A stretch of DNA of 64,000 nucleotides from Desulfomonilia bacterium. GTDB lineage: Bacteria > Desulfobacterota > Desulfomonilia > UBA1062. The stretch is taken from contig JBEKDT010000004.1 in the NCBI GenBank assembly GCA_050014195.1, positions 166,473 to 230,472 on the forward strand, in the 5' to 3' direction. The first letter of the stretch is position 1; each line of letters starts with the position of its first letter. The position numbers were made by a program, and so were the translations under genes. Below are positions 9,815 to 19,599 of the stretch, piece after piece. The notes under the pieces are model-generated. The model did not search any database. It was not told the DNA's origin and saw only the letters and a list, made by a program, of their open reading frames with translations.

Positions 9815-10615
9815 TCACTTTTCCAGTAACGAACGCACCAGATTGTACGTGGAGAACTGGTTATTTGTGAGCTGGGCAAAGGGGTGTTCACCCCCGAATT
9901 CCTGCTGCATGATCTCCTCAACAGTCATACCTGAGCGATAGAGCCTTTGAACCTTTGCTGCAAGGTCCGTGAGGTAGCTGATGCACTGCCCCAGGGCCTT
10001 TCTCCCGTCCTGAACGATCTTTCCCACTGCGGTGAACAGGACGAGCCGTTCGGTTGGAAGCTCGATGACCTTGCGCATGGACTCTATAAGCTGCCCGATA
10101 TTCTCCTCGGGCCTGATAAACTTCGGATTTTCTCTGGCAAAGAGGTCGCCCGTGAAGCACCATCCCTCTGAGGGCTCAAGTAGGCAGATGTGACCCGCAC
10201 AGTGGCCAGGGGTCTCCACGACCCGGAAGGCGTAGTGATCCGTGTTCATGATATCAGGGATGGGTTTTATCGTGGTGGGCACCGGGTAGCCCCAGGCGAT
10301 CTCCTGGTAGGGATAGAGATCGAACCTATGAGCGATCAGGGGGATGGATACCGGGTGTGCATAGATATCCACACCGAAGCGCACCATGATGTCATGATTC
10401 CCGCCCATATGGTCTTCATGATAGTGGGTGTTGACCACCTGATCGAGTCCTTTCCCTTCCAGGAAAGAAGCGAGTTCCTGCGAGGTATGGCTGCACCCGG
10501 TGTCTATGAGGAGCCCGTCCACCAGGTGGGCCGCCACCCAGTAGACAGGCTTTCCGTCGAGTTCCCTGCTCATGCGTATCTGGGTTACCTGCTCAAATTC
10601 TGCTGTCTCTATCAC
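9815..10615 (-). CDS. MBL-fold metallo-hydrolase
   Basis: LIDTG, THYHEDH, TPGH, FTGD motifs. Confidence 0.93.
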   Translation of the reverse strand: MIETAEFEQVTQIRMSRELDGKPVYWVAAHLVDGLLIDTGCSHTSQELASFLEGKGLDQVVNTHYHEDHMGGNHDIMVRFGVDIYAHPVSIPLIAHRFDLYPYQEIAWGYPVPTTIKPIPDIMNTDHYAFRVVETPGHCAGHICLLEPSEGWCFTGDLFARENPKFIRPEENIGQLIESMRKVIELPTERLVLFTAVGKIVQDGRKALGQCISYLTDLAAKVQRLYRSGMTVEEIMQQEFGGEHPFAQLTNNQFSTYNLVRSLLEK

Positions 10616-10658
10616 TGCTTCTCCTCTGATTATGGGTGTCTTTCATTGCTTTTCCTAT

Positions 10659-10676
10659 TAGTTTTGTACCCAACCA
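10659..10676. promoter_or_regulatory. Putative MarR operator upstream of the MBL hydrolase
   Basis: tagttttgtacccaacca resembles the palindrome at 11131-11148. Confidence 0.55.
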
Positions 10677-10699
10677 TAAGGGATGAACAAATGTCCTTG

Positions 10700-11128
10700 C
10701 TAAAGGTTCTTGTAAACCTTCTCTATGAGCCTGAACAACGTCTGCTTCTCTTCCTCGCTGAACCCCTCGAACAGCTTTGTATTCATCTTTTTCGATATCT
10801 GAAACAGGACAGGCCTGAGCTTCTTTGCCTTGGCAGTCAGGGTCAGGTACGTGTAGCGTCCGTCGCTCACATCCTTTTCCTTCATGATATAGCCGCCTGA
10901 CTCCAGTTTGTTGATGACCGAAGAAATCGTCGACTTGTCCTTGATGGTATGTTTTGCAACCTCCTGCAGGGTGACGGTACCCTTCCGGTCAAGGACAAAG
11001 AGGATATCCCCGTAGGAAGGCGCAATGCCGTCTATTTTTTTCTTCGAGAGTTCCTTGCTTAGAAACTTGAAGAGCCGCTGGCGGATGTTAGTGATGATGT
11101 AAAGGAAGTTGGTGTCACTAATCTCCAT
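10700..11128 (-). CDS. MarR-family regulator
   Basis: DKSTISSVINKLESGGYI and DGR motifs; 142 aa. Confidence 0.93.
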   Translation of the reverse strand: MEISDTNFLYIITNIRQRLFKFLSKELSKKKIDGIAPSYGDILFVLDRKGTVTLQEVAKHTIKDKSTISSVINKLESGGYIMKEKDVSDGRYTYLTLTAKAKKLRPVLFQISKKMNTKLFEGFSEEEKQTLFRLIEKVYKNL

Positions 11129-11130
11129 AA

Positions 11131-11165
11131 TGGTTTTGTATAAAACTAATTTGGCCCGGTGTCAA
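11131..11165 (-). promoter_or_regulatory. Sigma70 promoter with overlapping operator palindrome for marR
   Basis: TTGACA (11165-11160), 17 nt, TATACA (11142-11137), 8 nt, ATG; palindrome tggttttgtataaaacta. Confidence 0.65.
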
Positions 11166-11303
11166 TTCTCCATTCCCTGACCTTTGCCGCACAGGCACCT
11201 CGATGTACCTTCCGGGGACTTCAATCTAATGTTAAATCAAGGATTTTAAAAAACACGTCTCACCGCGAAGATAACTTTATGACACGAAGGAGGAAATTCT
11301 TTT

Positions 11304-11377
11304 GAACTCTCAAACCCTAGTCATTGGCCGTGCCATCGAGGTACATCGTATTCGTGGCCCTCTCATTGCTGGAATAG
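11304..11377 (+). pseudogene. Frameshifted fragment of a GxxExxY-family gene
   Basis: Reads ELSN / VIGRAIEVHRIRGP / LLE across frameshifts, matching the family N-terminal IGxAIEVHxxLGPGLLE motif. Confidence 0.6.
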
Positions 11378-11534
11378 ACTTTTAAGCCCCGGCAACCTCT
11401 CTTACCCCCTACATGACTGATTCTTAATGTCATATCATATAATAGGCTCTTGAACAGTTCCCGAGCATGGTATAGGAAGGTGCAGAAATAACAGTCTCTC
11501 CATGATGAATAGAGGGATATACTTACCAGGATCT

Positions 11535-13010
11535 ATGGCACATATCGACACTATTTTCCTCGACCATGCCGCCACAACCCCGGTACACCCGGAGGTGCTG
11601 GGTTTGATGCTGCCCTATTTCGGCAATTACTTCGGCACGCCGTCGAACCCGTTTGGCTTCGGCGATGCCCCGAGGGAGGCCCTTGATAAGGCCCGTTTTC
11701 GCGTCGCTCAGCTCATCGGCGCACAAGGGCATGAAATCATCTTCACCTCTTCGGGCACCGAGGCCAATAACCTGGCCATCCTGGGGGTTGCCTCCGCACG
11801 AAGAGGGTTGAAAAATCATATCATCACAAGCACCATCGAGCATGCCTCGGTGCTGAATACCATACATCATCTCACAGGGACCGGTCTCGAGGTGACGGAA
11901 ATCGGGGTAGATGCACAGGGGGTCGTCGATCCTGCCTCCGTTCAAGCGGCCATTAAGGATGACACCATACTCATCAGCATCATGCATGCAAGCAATGAGA
12001 CCGGATCAATCCAGCCTGTCAGGGAAATCGGGCACATTGCCAAAGACAAAGGTATCACATTCCACTGTGATTGCATCCAGAGCGCGGGCAGGATCGAAGT
12101 CGATGTGAACACTCTGAATGCGGACCTGCTCAGTATCTCCTCTCATAAGCTCTACGGCCCCAAGGGTGTAGGGGCATTGTATGTGAGGGAGGGTACGGCC
12201 ATCTCCCCCATCATCTTCGGGTCGGATCAGGAAAGAGGCCTGAGACCGGGCACCCAAAATATACCCGGTATTGTCGGATTCGGCATGGCCTGCGAGAAGG
12301 CACGAATAGATCTGGATAAGAATGCCCGGCACATCGTACATTTAAGGGATATGTTTGAGAAGGCGCTCCATGAGAGGTTACCGGGCGTCCGGATCAATGA
12401 TAAAGATGCACTGCGCCTCCCCCACATATCGAGCATTTCCTTTGAAGGAGTTCAGGCCGATGCCCTGGCTGCCTGGCTCGACCTGATGGGTATCACGGTC
12501 TCCGCCAGGACACTATTCTACTCGAAGAGGTCGTCTCATGCGCTCTCGGCGCTCCATATCCCCCCTGACCTGGCCTCTGGTACCATCCGGTTCAGTCTGG
12601 GCTGGGAAAACACCGTATTAGAGATCGAAAGGGTAGTTAACACCGTTCAGCAAACCGTCATCCGCCTGAGGGAGTTTGTAGGGGGTTTGGACAATGATGA
12701 ATCCTGCATCGTGACCTTTGCAGCCGGAGATGATTTGGCTCACGCCCTTCGATCTCTGGAAAATGAAGGCATCCCCTGTATAGTCACTGCACGGCCGGTA
12801 GAGTTCGCACATCTGACAGGGACTCGGACAGCGCTGGCCATACCCTGCTCAATGCAGGACGAAGCAGGCAGACTCCTGGGCTCACAAGGCATCAGCATCA
12901 CCGGTATGCACCGCATCAAGGGCCTCTGCAGGCTCAGGGCTGAGAAAGAAGAGCAGTTCTGGAAAACTCTTGGCCGGATCAAAGAAGGGAAGAAACCGAA
13001 TAAATGCTGA
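11535..13010 (+). CDS. IscS/NifS-like PLP enzyme lacking the catalytic Cys, with C-terminal DUF3343-like extension
   Basis: FLDHAATTP, FTSSGTEANN, IEHASV, SSHKLYGPKGVG, RPGTQN, IRFSLG present; SxGSAC loop replaced by SARTLFYS; about 110 extra C-terminal residues. Alternative start 11502. Confidence 0.88.
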   Translation: MAHIDTIFLDHAATTPVHPEVLGLMLPYFGNYFGTPSNPFGFGDAPREALDKARFRVAQLIGAQGHEIIFTSSGTEANNLAILGVASARRGLKNHIITSTIEHASVLNTIHHLTGTGLEVTEIGVDAQGVVDPASVQAAIKDDTILISIMHASNETGSIQPVREIGHIAKDKGITFHCDCIQSAGRIEVDVNTLNADLLSISSHKLYGPKGVGALYVREGTAISPIIFGSDQERGLRPGTQNIPGIVGFGMACEKARIDLDKNARHIVHLRDMFEKALHERLPGVRINDKDALRLPHISSISFEGVQADALAAWLDLMGITVSARTLFYSKRSSHALSALHIPPDLASGTIRFSLGWENTVLEIERVVNTVQQTVIRLREFVGGLDNDESCIVTFAAGDDLAHALRSLENEGIPCIVTARPVEFAHLTGTRTALAIPCSMQDEAGRLLGSQGISITGMHRIKGLCRLRAEKEEQFWKTLGRIKEGKKPNKC

Positions 13011-13111
13011 TGGTCGACCATACGCATCCCTTGGCATTTCCGTTCTTGGTCCGAAGTCCGGCTCGGAACTGGTAACGATCCCAAAAAGGAAAGAGGGTAA
13101 TACAAAGCATT

Positions 13112-14701
13112 ATGCAAAAAAAAGACATTGCACTGCTCATTATGGCACCATTACTCATGTTCGTGGGCGTCTTCGACCATTCACTGTGGACGCCGGATGA
13201 GCCTCGGGTGGCCGAGATCGCCCGCACCATGGCAGTAACCGGGGATTACCTTATACCCCACCTCGCAAAAGATCCCTTCCTCGAGCAACCGCCCCTGTAC
13301 TACGCGGTGACCGGTCTTTTCTGGCACATCTTCGGTACAGGGAATGAGGGCTTCGGAAGGCTCTCCTCGGTCTTTTTTGCCTTGGGCTCGCTGCTGGTGG
13401 TGTTCTTCGGGATGCGATCTCTTTACAGCAGCCAGGCGGCGGCCCTGACATCACTCATACTTGCAACCACGGTCGGTTTCTTTACGATCTCTCACCGGAT
13501 CATTGTCGACAATGCCCTTGCCTTTTTCATCACTGCGGCACTTTTCTCATTCCTCCTGGCCTACCAAGGCATACTCAAGAAGGGTTACCCGCTCTTCTGG
13601 TTATGCCTTGCAGGCGCTTTCCTCATCAAGGGCTTCATCGGGCTTGCCCTCCCCGGCCTTGCCGTTATGCTCTTCGTTCTCTGGCAGAGGGATTTTGCTG
13701 TCATAAAAAGGGCATGGGTGATCCCCGGTATCCTTGTCGTGATCGCGGTCATAGCGGCATGGGGGGTTGTCCTCTATCAAAGAGGGGGAACAGCATTCCT
13801 CTACACCTTCTTCCTCTATAATAACCTCGGGAGGTTCTTGAACGTCGGCGGCATTTATAATGGAGGCCATGTCCAGCCGTTCTACCATTATTTAGGCGTG
13901 ATCTTCTCCGACGGACTGCCCTGGTCGCTGATCCTCTTGCCGGCACTCGTCTTCCTGAAAAGACCCGATGAGAGATTACGGATCTTTTACTGCTGGTTCT
14001 TCGGCGGACTCATCCTCTTGAGCCTCTCTTCCACGAAACGCAACCTCTATTTTCTTCCCATGTACCCCGCCCTGGCGGCCATGGTAGCTGTCTGGATCGA
14101 GAGGACGGCGATACAAGGCGCCTCCCTCTGGGAGCGCCGCTGGCTGTTTGGCGTCGCCACGCTGGTAGGGCTTGCAGGTCTTGGCCTGCCGGTGGCTTAT
14201 GTGAAGATAGGCGGATCATGGCCTGCAGCCATTTTCATGTTTCTCCTGTCCATGGTGCTGCTGTGGGGCTTTTTCAGGTCATTGCCCTTCACCCTATCGG
14301 AGCGTATTGTCTGCAGCTGGGCGGTACTGATCATTGCATGGTCGACACTGATCTTTCCCCAGTTGGACACCCTCAAGACCTACAAACCGTTCTTCCGGGA
14401 GGCAGGCAGGATTGCAGGAAAAGACACGGTCATCGGATACAACCTTAACGAGACCATGCAGGCCTTCAGCCCATTCTACGGCGGATTCCCGGTAGAGAAT
14501 ATCTCTGATCGAAATCAGTTTTCGCAGATTGTTACCACAGGCAAGGCACAGTATGTCTTGTTCCAGCCAAAGAAGAATGATATGGATTTGAGTCATCTCC
14601 TGGAATTAAACGGCCAGAGGCTACTGAAAATAGAAAACCAGGAGAAAAGGCCCACCGAGTTCTGGCGCCTTTCAAGACCTTTACCCGCACAGAAAGGATA
14701 A
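13112..14701 (+). CDS. arnT: ArnT-like GT-C membrane glycosyltransferase (L-Ara4N transferase type)
   Basis: LWTPDEPRVAEIAR, EQPPLYY, KG, TKRNLYFLP motifs; multi-TM; first gene of the arn cluster. Confidence 0.85.
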   Translation: MQKKDIALLIMAPLLMFVGVFDHSLWTPDEPRVAEIARTMAVTGDYLIPHLAKDPFLEQPPLYYAVTGLFWHIFGTGNEGFGRLSSVFFALGSLLVVFFGMRSLYSSQAAALTSLILATTVGFFTISHRIIVDNALAFFITAALFSFLLAYQGILKKGYPLFWLCLAGAFLIKGFIGLALPGLAVMLFVLWQRDFAVIKRAWVIPGILVVIAVIAAWGVVLYQRGGTAFLYTFFLYNNLGRFLNVGGIYNGGHVQPFYHYLGVIFSDGLPWSLILLPALVFLKRPDERLRIFYCWFFGGLILLSLSSTKRNLYFLPMYPALAAMVAVWIERTAIQGASLWERRWLFGVATLVGLAGLGLPVAYVKIGGSWPAAIFMFLLSMVLLWGFFRSLPFTLSERIVCSWAVLIIAWSTLIFPQLDTLKTYKPFFREAGRIAGKDTVIGYNLNETMQAFSPFYGGFPVENISDRNQFSQIVTTGKAQYVLFQPKKNDMDLSHLLELNGQRLLKIENQEKRPTEFWRLSRPLPAQKG

Positions 14702-15828
14702 TGACTATGGCAGACTTCATCCCCATGAGCAGACCATATTTTGGTAACGAAGAAGTCGAGGCGGTGACCGAGGTCATCAAGTCAGGCTGGATCACGACCG
14801 GGCCCAAGTGCGCCCGGTTCGAGGAGGATTTCGCACATTACACGGGCTCGGGGCATGCACTGGCGCTGAGTTCGGGCACGGCAGGCATGCACCTCCTGTT
14901 CAAGGCATTGGGCATCGGAGCGGGCGATGAGGTCATCACCCCTTCCATGACCTTTGCATCCACGGTGAACCAGATTGTACTGGCAGGGGCCAGGCCCGTA
15001 TTCGTTGATGTGGACTACGAGACCCTGCTGGTGAAGCCTCAGGAAATCGAGAAGTGCGTCACCAAGAAAACCAAGGCGGTGATCCCTGTGCACTTCGCAG
15101 GCGCGCCTGCGGACATGGACGCCATAGAAGCCGTATGTGGCAATATCCCGATCATCGAGGATGCGGCCCATGCCGTAGGCACCTTTTACAAGGGCAGGCA
15201 CATCGGATATCGCAACCTGGCCGTATTCTCGTTCCACCCCATCAAGAACATCACCACTGCCGAAGGAGGGATGATCACCGGCGGCTCCAAGGATTTGTTG
15301 GAGAAGCTGAAACTGCTGAAATTCCATGGTATCGAGCGGGACGCCTGGAAGCGCTACGGCAAGGCGTCAGACCCCACCTATGATATTGAAGAGCCGGCGT
15401 TCAAGTACAACATGACGGATATCCAGGCGGCGCTGGGCATCGTACAACTGGCCAAAATTGGGGAGATCAACGCTCATCGGACACGCATCGCCGAACGCTA
15501 TCGGGATGCCCTCTCCCGGGTCAAGGGCCTCGACCTGCCGGGTGTGCCCACCTATGATCACGTCCACTCCTGGCACCTCTTTGTCATTAAGACCCGCACC
15601 GTTGACCGGAAGACCCTCATGCAGGAGCTTGCGGAGCGGGGTATCGGCTACGGCCTCCACTTCCCGGCATGCCATACCTTAAAATATGTCAAGAAACTCT
15701 TCGGGAAGATAGACCTGCCTGAGACCGAGACTGCATCGGAGCGTATCTTGAGCATCCCGCTGTATCCTTCCATGGATGATTCCCAGGTGGAGAGAGTTAT
15801 CACTGCACTCAAGGAGATCTTTCTATGA
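14701..15828 (+). CDS. arnB: DegT/DnrJ aminotransferase ArnB
   Basis: SGWITTGPK, IEDAAHA, FSFHPIKNITTAEGG, FKYNMTDIQAALG; context. Confidence 0.92.
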   Translation: MTMADFIPMSRPYFGNEEVEAVTEVIKSGWITTGPKCARFEEDFAHYTGSGHALALSSGTAGMHLLFKALGIGAGDEVITPSMTFASTVNQIVLAGARPVFVDVDYETLLVKPQEIEKCVTKKTKAVIPVHFAGAPADMDAIEAVCGNIPIIEDAAHAVGTFYKGRHIGYRNLAVFSFHPIKNITTAEGGMITGGSKDLLEKLKLLKFHGIERDAWKRYGKASDPTYDIEEPAFKYNMTDIQAALGIVQLAKIGEINAHRTRIAERYRDALSRVKGLDLPGVPTYDHVHSWHLFVIKTRTVDRKTLMQELAERGIGYGLHFPACHTLKYVKKLFGKIDLPETETASERILSIPLYPSMDDSQVERVITALKEIFL

Positions 15829-15862
15829 AAAGGGCAATCTTTCTGCAGGAGGCTACAAGACC

Positions 15863-16792
15863 ATGAGCCAGGCCAAGATCTCGGTCGTCATACCGGTGTA
15901 TAACGAGGAGAAGGGACTGCCAAAACTCTTCGAGCGCCTGCTGCCGGTGATGGAGGGCATGAATAGGGATTACGAGGTTGTCCTGGTGGATGATGGAAGC
16001 GCTGATGAGTCCCTGAAAATCCTTAAGCACCATGCATCGGAAAGGGTAATCGTCGTGGAACTCTCAAGGAACTACGGCCAGCACTCAGCCATATTCGCCG
16101 GCTTTGAGACGAGTACGGGGGAGATCATCGTCACCATGGATGCAGACCTCCAGAACCCGCCCGAGGAGATCCCCCGGCTGGTGGATGTGATGGAAAAAGG
16201 CAACTACGAGGTAGTGGGTACGGTGAGGATGATGAGGCAGGACACGGCCTTCCGCAAGACGGCGAGCCGGATCGTCAATGCCATCACAAGGCGTATCACG
16301 GGCGTGCAGCTGAACGACTGGGGATGCATGCTCAGGGCTTACAAGAGACACGTGGTGGAGTACATGATTTCGAGCCATGAGCACTCCACCTTCATACCTG
16401 CCCTTGCCACCAGCTTTGCCAAGGATATTGCCGAGATCGAGGTGAAGCACGAAGAGCGCTTTGCAGGTGAGACCAAATATTCGCTTTCAAAGCTTATCTC
16501 TCTGCAATTCGACCTGGTGACATCCTTCTCTGATTTTCCCCTGAAGGCAATGCTCTATACCGGCTTTGTCCTGGCCTTTCTCGGCATCGGCTTCGGCACC
16601 TTTCTTGCGGTGGCCAGGCTTGCCTTCGGTGCCGAGTGGGCGGCACAAGGTATATTCACCCTGTTCGCCATCCTGTTCTTCTTCATCGGCGCACAGTTCC
16701 TGGCCTTTGGCGTTATGGGCGAGTATGTAGGCAGGATCTATAAGGAGGTCAAGCAGCGGCCCCCTTATACCATCAGGAGGATATACCGTTGA
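15863..16792 (+). CDS. arnC: Undecaprenyl-phosphate glycosyltransferase ArnC (GT2)
   Basis: VIPVYNEE, DDGS, RNYGQHSA, MDADLQNPPEEIP, two C-terminal TMs. Confidence 0.92.
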   Translation: MSQAKISVVIPVYNEEKGLPKLFERLLPVMEGMNRDYEVVLVDDGSADESLKILKHHASERVIVVELSRNYGQHSAIFAGFETSTGEIIVTMDADLQNPPEEIPRLVDVMEKGNYEVVGTVRMMRQDTAFRKTASRIVNAITRRITGVQLNDWGCMLRAYKRHVVEYMISSHEHSTFIPALATSFAKDIAEIEVKHEERFAGETKYSLSKLISLQFDLVTSFSDFPLKAMLYTGFVLAFLGIGFGTFLAVARLAFGAEWAAQGIFTLFAILFFFIGAQFLAFGVMGEYVGRIYKEVKQRPPYTIRRIYR

Positions 16793-17703
16793 AGGCCCTT
16801 GTGTTTGCCTACCACAACATGGGCATTATCGGCATCAAGAGACTTAAGGAAGCGGGTTTTGAGATACCGCTCGTGTTCTCCCATGAAGACGACCCGAACG
16901 AGAACGTGTGGTTCGGCTCCGTACCGGGGCTCTGCCGGGAGCTTGCCATCCCGTGCGTCTGCCCAAGGGACCCCAACCAGTATGGATGGATCGAGCGGAT
17001 CAAGGCGGCAAAGCCGGACATCATTTTCAGTTTCTATTATCGGTTTATGCTTAAAAGCGCGATCCTTTCCATCCCGCCGCTGGGCGCCTACAACCTTCAC
17101 GGTTCATATCTCCCGCAGTATCGCGGCCGGTGCCCGGTAAACTGGGTCATCATCAACGGGGAGCATACCACCGGTGTGACGCTCCACGAAATGGAGGAAA
17201 AGCCCGATGCCGGCGCCATCGTGACCCAGAAGACGGTCGAGATCTCCCGGGAGGACACGGCCCTGACTCTCTACAAAAAACTCGAACAGGCTGCTGATGT
17301 CATGCTTGCCGAGATCCTCCCGCACATGATTATCGGCGACATTAAAAAGATACCTATGGACCTATCCAAAGGCTCGTACTATGGCGGCAGAAAGCCTGAA
17401 GACGGCCGCATCTTCTGGGACAGGCCCGCCGAGGAGATCTATAACCTTATCCGTGCCGTCACCAGGCCCTACCCCGGCGCCTTCGGCTTTATCGGCGATG
17501 AGATGGTCACCTTCTGGTGGGCTGAGCCGGCGAACGACATTCAACTGGAGCCGGGCAAGATCGTTTTTCAGGAAGATACTATTTTGATAGGCACCGGTTA
17601 CGGATGTATAAGGCCGCTTGAGATAGAGGTAAACGGCAGGGTCCTGAAGGACTTGAGCCTTCATACCTATTTAAAAGACCACGAAGGAGAAATCGTACAA
17701 TGA
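16789..17703 (+). CDS. Stand-alone ArnA formyltransferase domain
   Basis: FAYHNMG, FSFYYR, NLHGSYLPQYRG, DAG, RAVTRPYPGAF; TTG start overlapping arnC stop. Confidence 0.9.
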   Translation: MKALVFAYHNMGIIGIKRLKEAGFEIPLVFSHEDDPNENVWFGSVPGLCRELAIPCVCPRDPNQYGWIERIKAAKPDIIFSFYYRFMLKSAILSIPPLGAYNLHGSYLPQYRGRCPVNWVIINGEHTTGVTLHEMEEKPDAGAIVTQKTVEISREDTALTLYKKLEQAADVMLAEILPHMIIGDIKKIPMDLSKGSYYGGRKPEDGRIFWDRPAEEIYNLIRAVTRPYPGAFGFIGDEMVTFWWAEPANDIQLEPGKIVFQEDTILIGTGYGCIRPLEIEVNGRVLKDLSLHTYLKDHEGEIVQ

Positions 17704-18731
17704 AGGTACTCATTCTGGGCGTGAACGGATTCATCGGCTCGCACCTGAGCGAACGTATCATGAAAGAAACGGACTGGAACGTCTATGGCATGGATCTGGG
17801 CGACAACAAGCTCAGGGCCGTGATCAGCAACGATCGGTTCCACTTCATCGAGGGTGACATCGCGATTAACAAGGAGTGGATCGAGTACCACATCAAAAAG
17901 TGCGACGTGGTCCTGCCGCTCGTGGCCATCGCCACACCAAAGACCTACGTGGAGAGGCCCTTGAGCGTGTTCGAGCTGGACTTTGAGGAGAACTTGCGGA
18001 TCATCCGCCAGTGCGTGAAATACGGCAAGCGGGTGATCTTCCCCTCCACCTCGGAGGTATACGGCATGAGCACAGACGAGGCCTTTGACGAATATTCATC
18101 ACCGCTCGTGCTGGGTCCCATCCCCATGCAGCGGTGGATCTACTCATGCTCGAAACAGCTTTTAGACAGGGTTATCTGGGCCTACGGCTCCCGGGGTGAG
18201 CTTGACTTCACGTTGATAAGGCCCTTCAACTGGATCGGACCACGCCTGGATTCCCTGGAGACGGCTAAAGAGGGTTCCTCCAGGGTCGTCACCCAGTTCA
18301 TTGCATCCCTTGTGTTCAAAACCGCAATCGCCCTGGTGGACGGCGGCATGCAGAGCAGGTCCTTCACCTATATAGACGACGGGATCGCCGCACTCATGAA
18401 GATCCTGCACAACGAAGGCGGCAAGGCGAGCGGCCAGATCTTCAACATCGGCAACCCTGCCAACAACCTCACCATCAAGGACCTGGCCCACAAGCTCCTT
18501 GAGATGTTCAAACAGCACCCCAGCCATAAGAAGGACAAGACCTTTTCCGAGATCATCATCAAGCCTTCAGGGGAATTCTATGGAAAGGGATACCAGGACA
18601 TCCAGACCAGGGTCCCTTCCATTAAGAATGCCATGACCAGGCTCGGCTGGAAACCCGAAGTGAGTCTCGATGAGGCCCTCAAGCGGACGCTTGACAGCTT
18701 CCTTGAAGAGATAGAAAGCAGCAATGACTGA
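17700..18731 (+). CDS. arnA: Stand-alone ArnA UDP-GlcA dehydrogenase/decarboxylase domain
   Basis: GVNGFIG, PLVAIATP, FELDFEENL, STSEVYG, RWIYSCSK, RPFNWIGP. Confidence 0.93.
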   Translation: MKVLILGVNGFIGSHLSERIMKETDWNVYGMDLGDNKLRAVISNDRFHFIEGDIAINKEWIEYHIKKCDVVLPLVAIATPKTYVERPLSVFELDFEENLRIIRQCVKYGKRVIFPSTSEVYGMSTDEAFDEYSSPLVLGPIPMQRWIYSCSKQLLDRVIWAYGSRGELDFTLIRPFNWIGPRLDSLETAKEGSSRVVTQFIASLVFKTAIALVDGGMQSRSFTYIDDGIAALMKILHNEGGKASGQIFNIGNPANNLTIKDLAHKLLEMFKQHPSHKKDKTFSEIIIKPSGEFYGKGYQDIQTRVPSIKNAMTRLGWKPEVSLDEALKRTLDSFLEEIESSND

Positions 18732-19578
18732 TCTGGCCCTCAAGGTGGACGTGGACACCTTCCGGGGCATGAAGGAAGGTGTGCCCGCCTTGGCGGCTAT
18801 TCTAGGCGAATTCAACCTTCAGGCGAGCTTCTTCATCAGCTACGGTCCGGACAGGTCGGGCCTGGCCATGCTGCAGCTCCTCCGGCCCTCATTCTTGAAA
18901 AAGATGATCCGCACGAATGCACCCGGACTCTATGGGTGGAAGACCGCGCTCTACGGCACCCTGCTTCCAGCACCCATGATCGGCACTGCCTTTCCGGAAG
19001 TGATCAGGGGGCTCATGAAGGCCGGCCACGAGATCGCCTGCCATGCCTGGGACCACCGTATCTGGCAGGATTGGCTCTTTCTTATGAGCCGGTCATCCAT
19101 TGAGACATGGTTTCAGAAGATGGTCGATGCACACAAAGGGGTTACAGGCTTGCAGCCCAAGGCCTTCGGCGCGCCCAGCTGGATGATGGACCCTCGATCA
19201 CTGAAGGTCGTTACCGCTTATAATCTTTCATACCTGAGCTGTACCCGTGCCTCAGCGCCGTTTGTCTTTGCGGAGAATTCCATGCTGGAGATCCCTTCGA
19301 ACCTGCCGTGTATCGAGGAAGTCGGCGTTCAGGACGTGACAGCGTCCATCAAAGAGAAGGCCGGAAGCCCTGTTCCCCAGGTCCTGCCCGTCCATGCCGA
19401 GGTGGAGGGCATGGTGTACCAGAGGCAATTCAGAGACATGCTGGAGTCTGCCCTTTCACTGGGATTTACCATACGTCCGTTACAGCATATTGCATCGGAT
19501 CTTGAAAAGGGTAGGCTCCCAATACGCCCTCTCACCATGGGCCTGATCCCCGGCAGGGCCTTCCGCTGCGCGGTGTAA
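18724..19578 (+). CDS. arnD: Deformylase ArnD (polysaccharide deacetylase fold)
   Basis: LKVDVDT, GPDRSG, YGTLLPAP, HAWDH, HAEVEG. Confidence 0.9.
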   Translation: MTDLALKVDVDTFRGMKEGVPALAAILGEFNLQASFFISYGPDRSGLAMLQLLRPSFLKKMIRTNAPGLYGWKTALYGTLLPAPMIGTAFPEVIRGLMKAGHEIACHAWDHRIWQDWLFLMSRSSIETWFQKMVDAHKGVTGLQPKAFGAPSWMMDPRSLKVVTAYNLSYLSCTRASAPFVFAENSMLEIPSNLPCIEEVGVQDVTASIKEKAGSPVPQVLPVHAEVEGMVYQRQFRDMLESALSLGFTIRPLQHIASDLEKGRLPIRPLTMGLIPGRAFRCAV

Positions 19579-19599
19579 TTCCTATAAGAAATAGACGCT

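Noticed and set aside
13005-13100. Possible Sec read-through at the nifS-like stop (TGC-TGA)
   Set aside because: The extension (WSTIRIPWHF...) resembles nothing and no clear SECIS-like hairpin follows.
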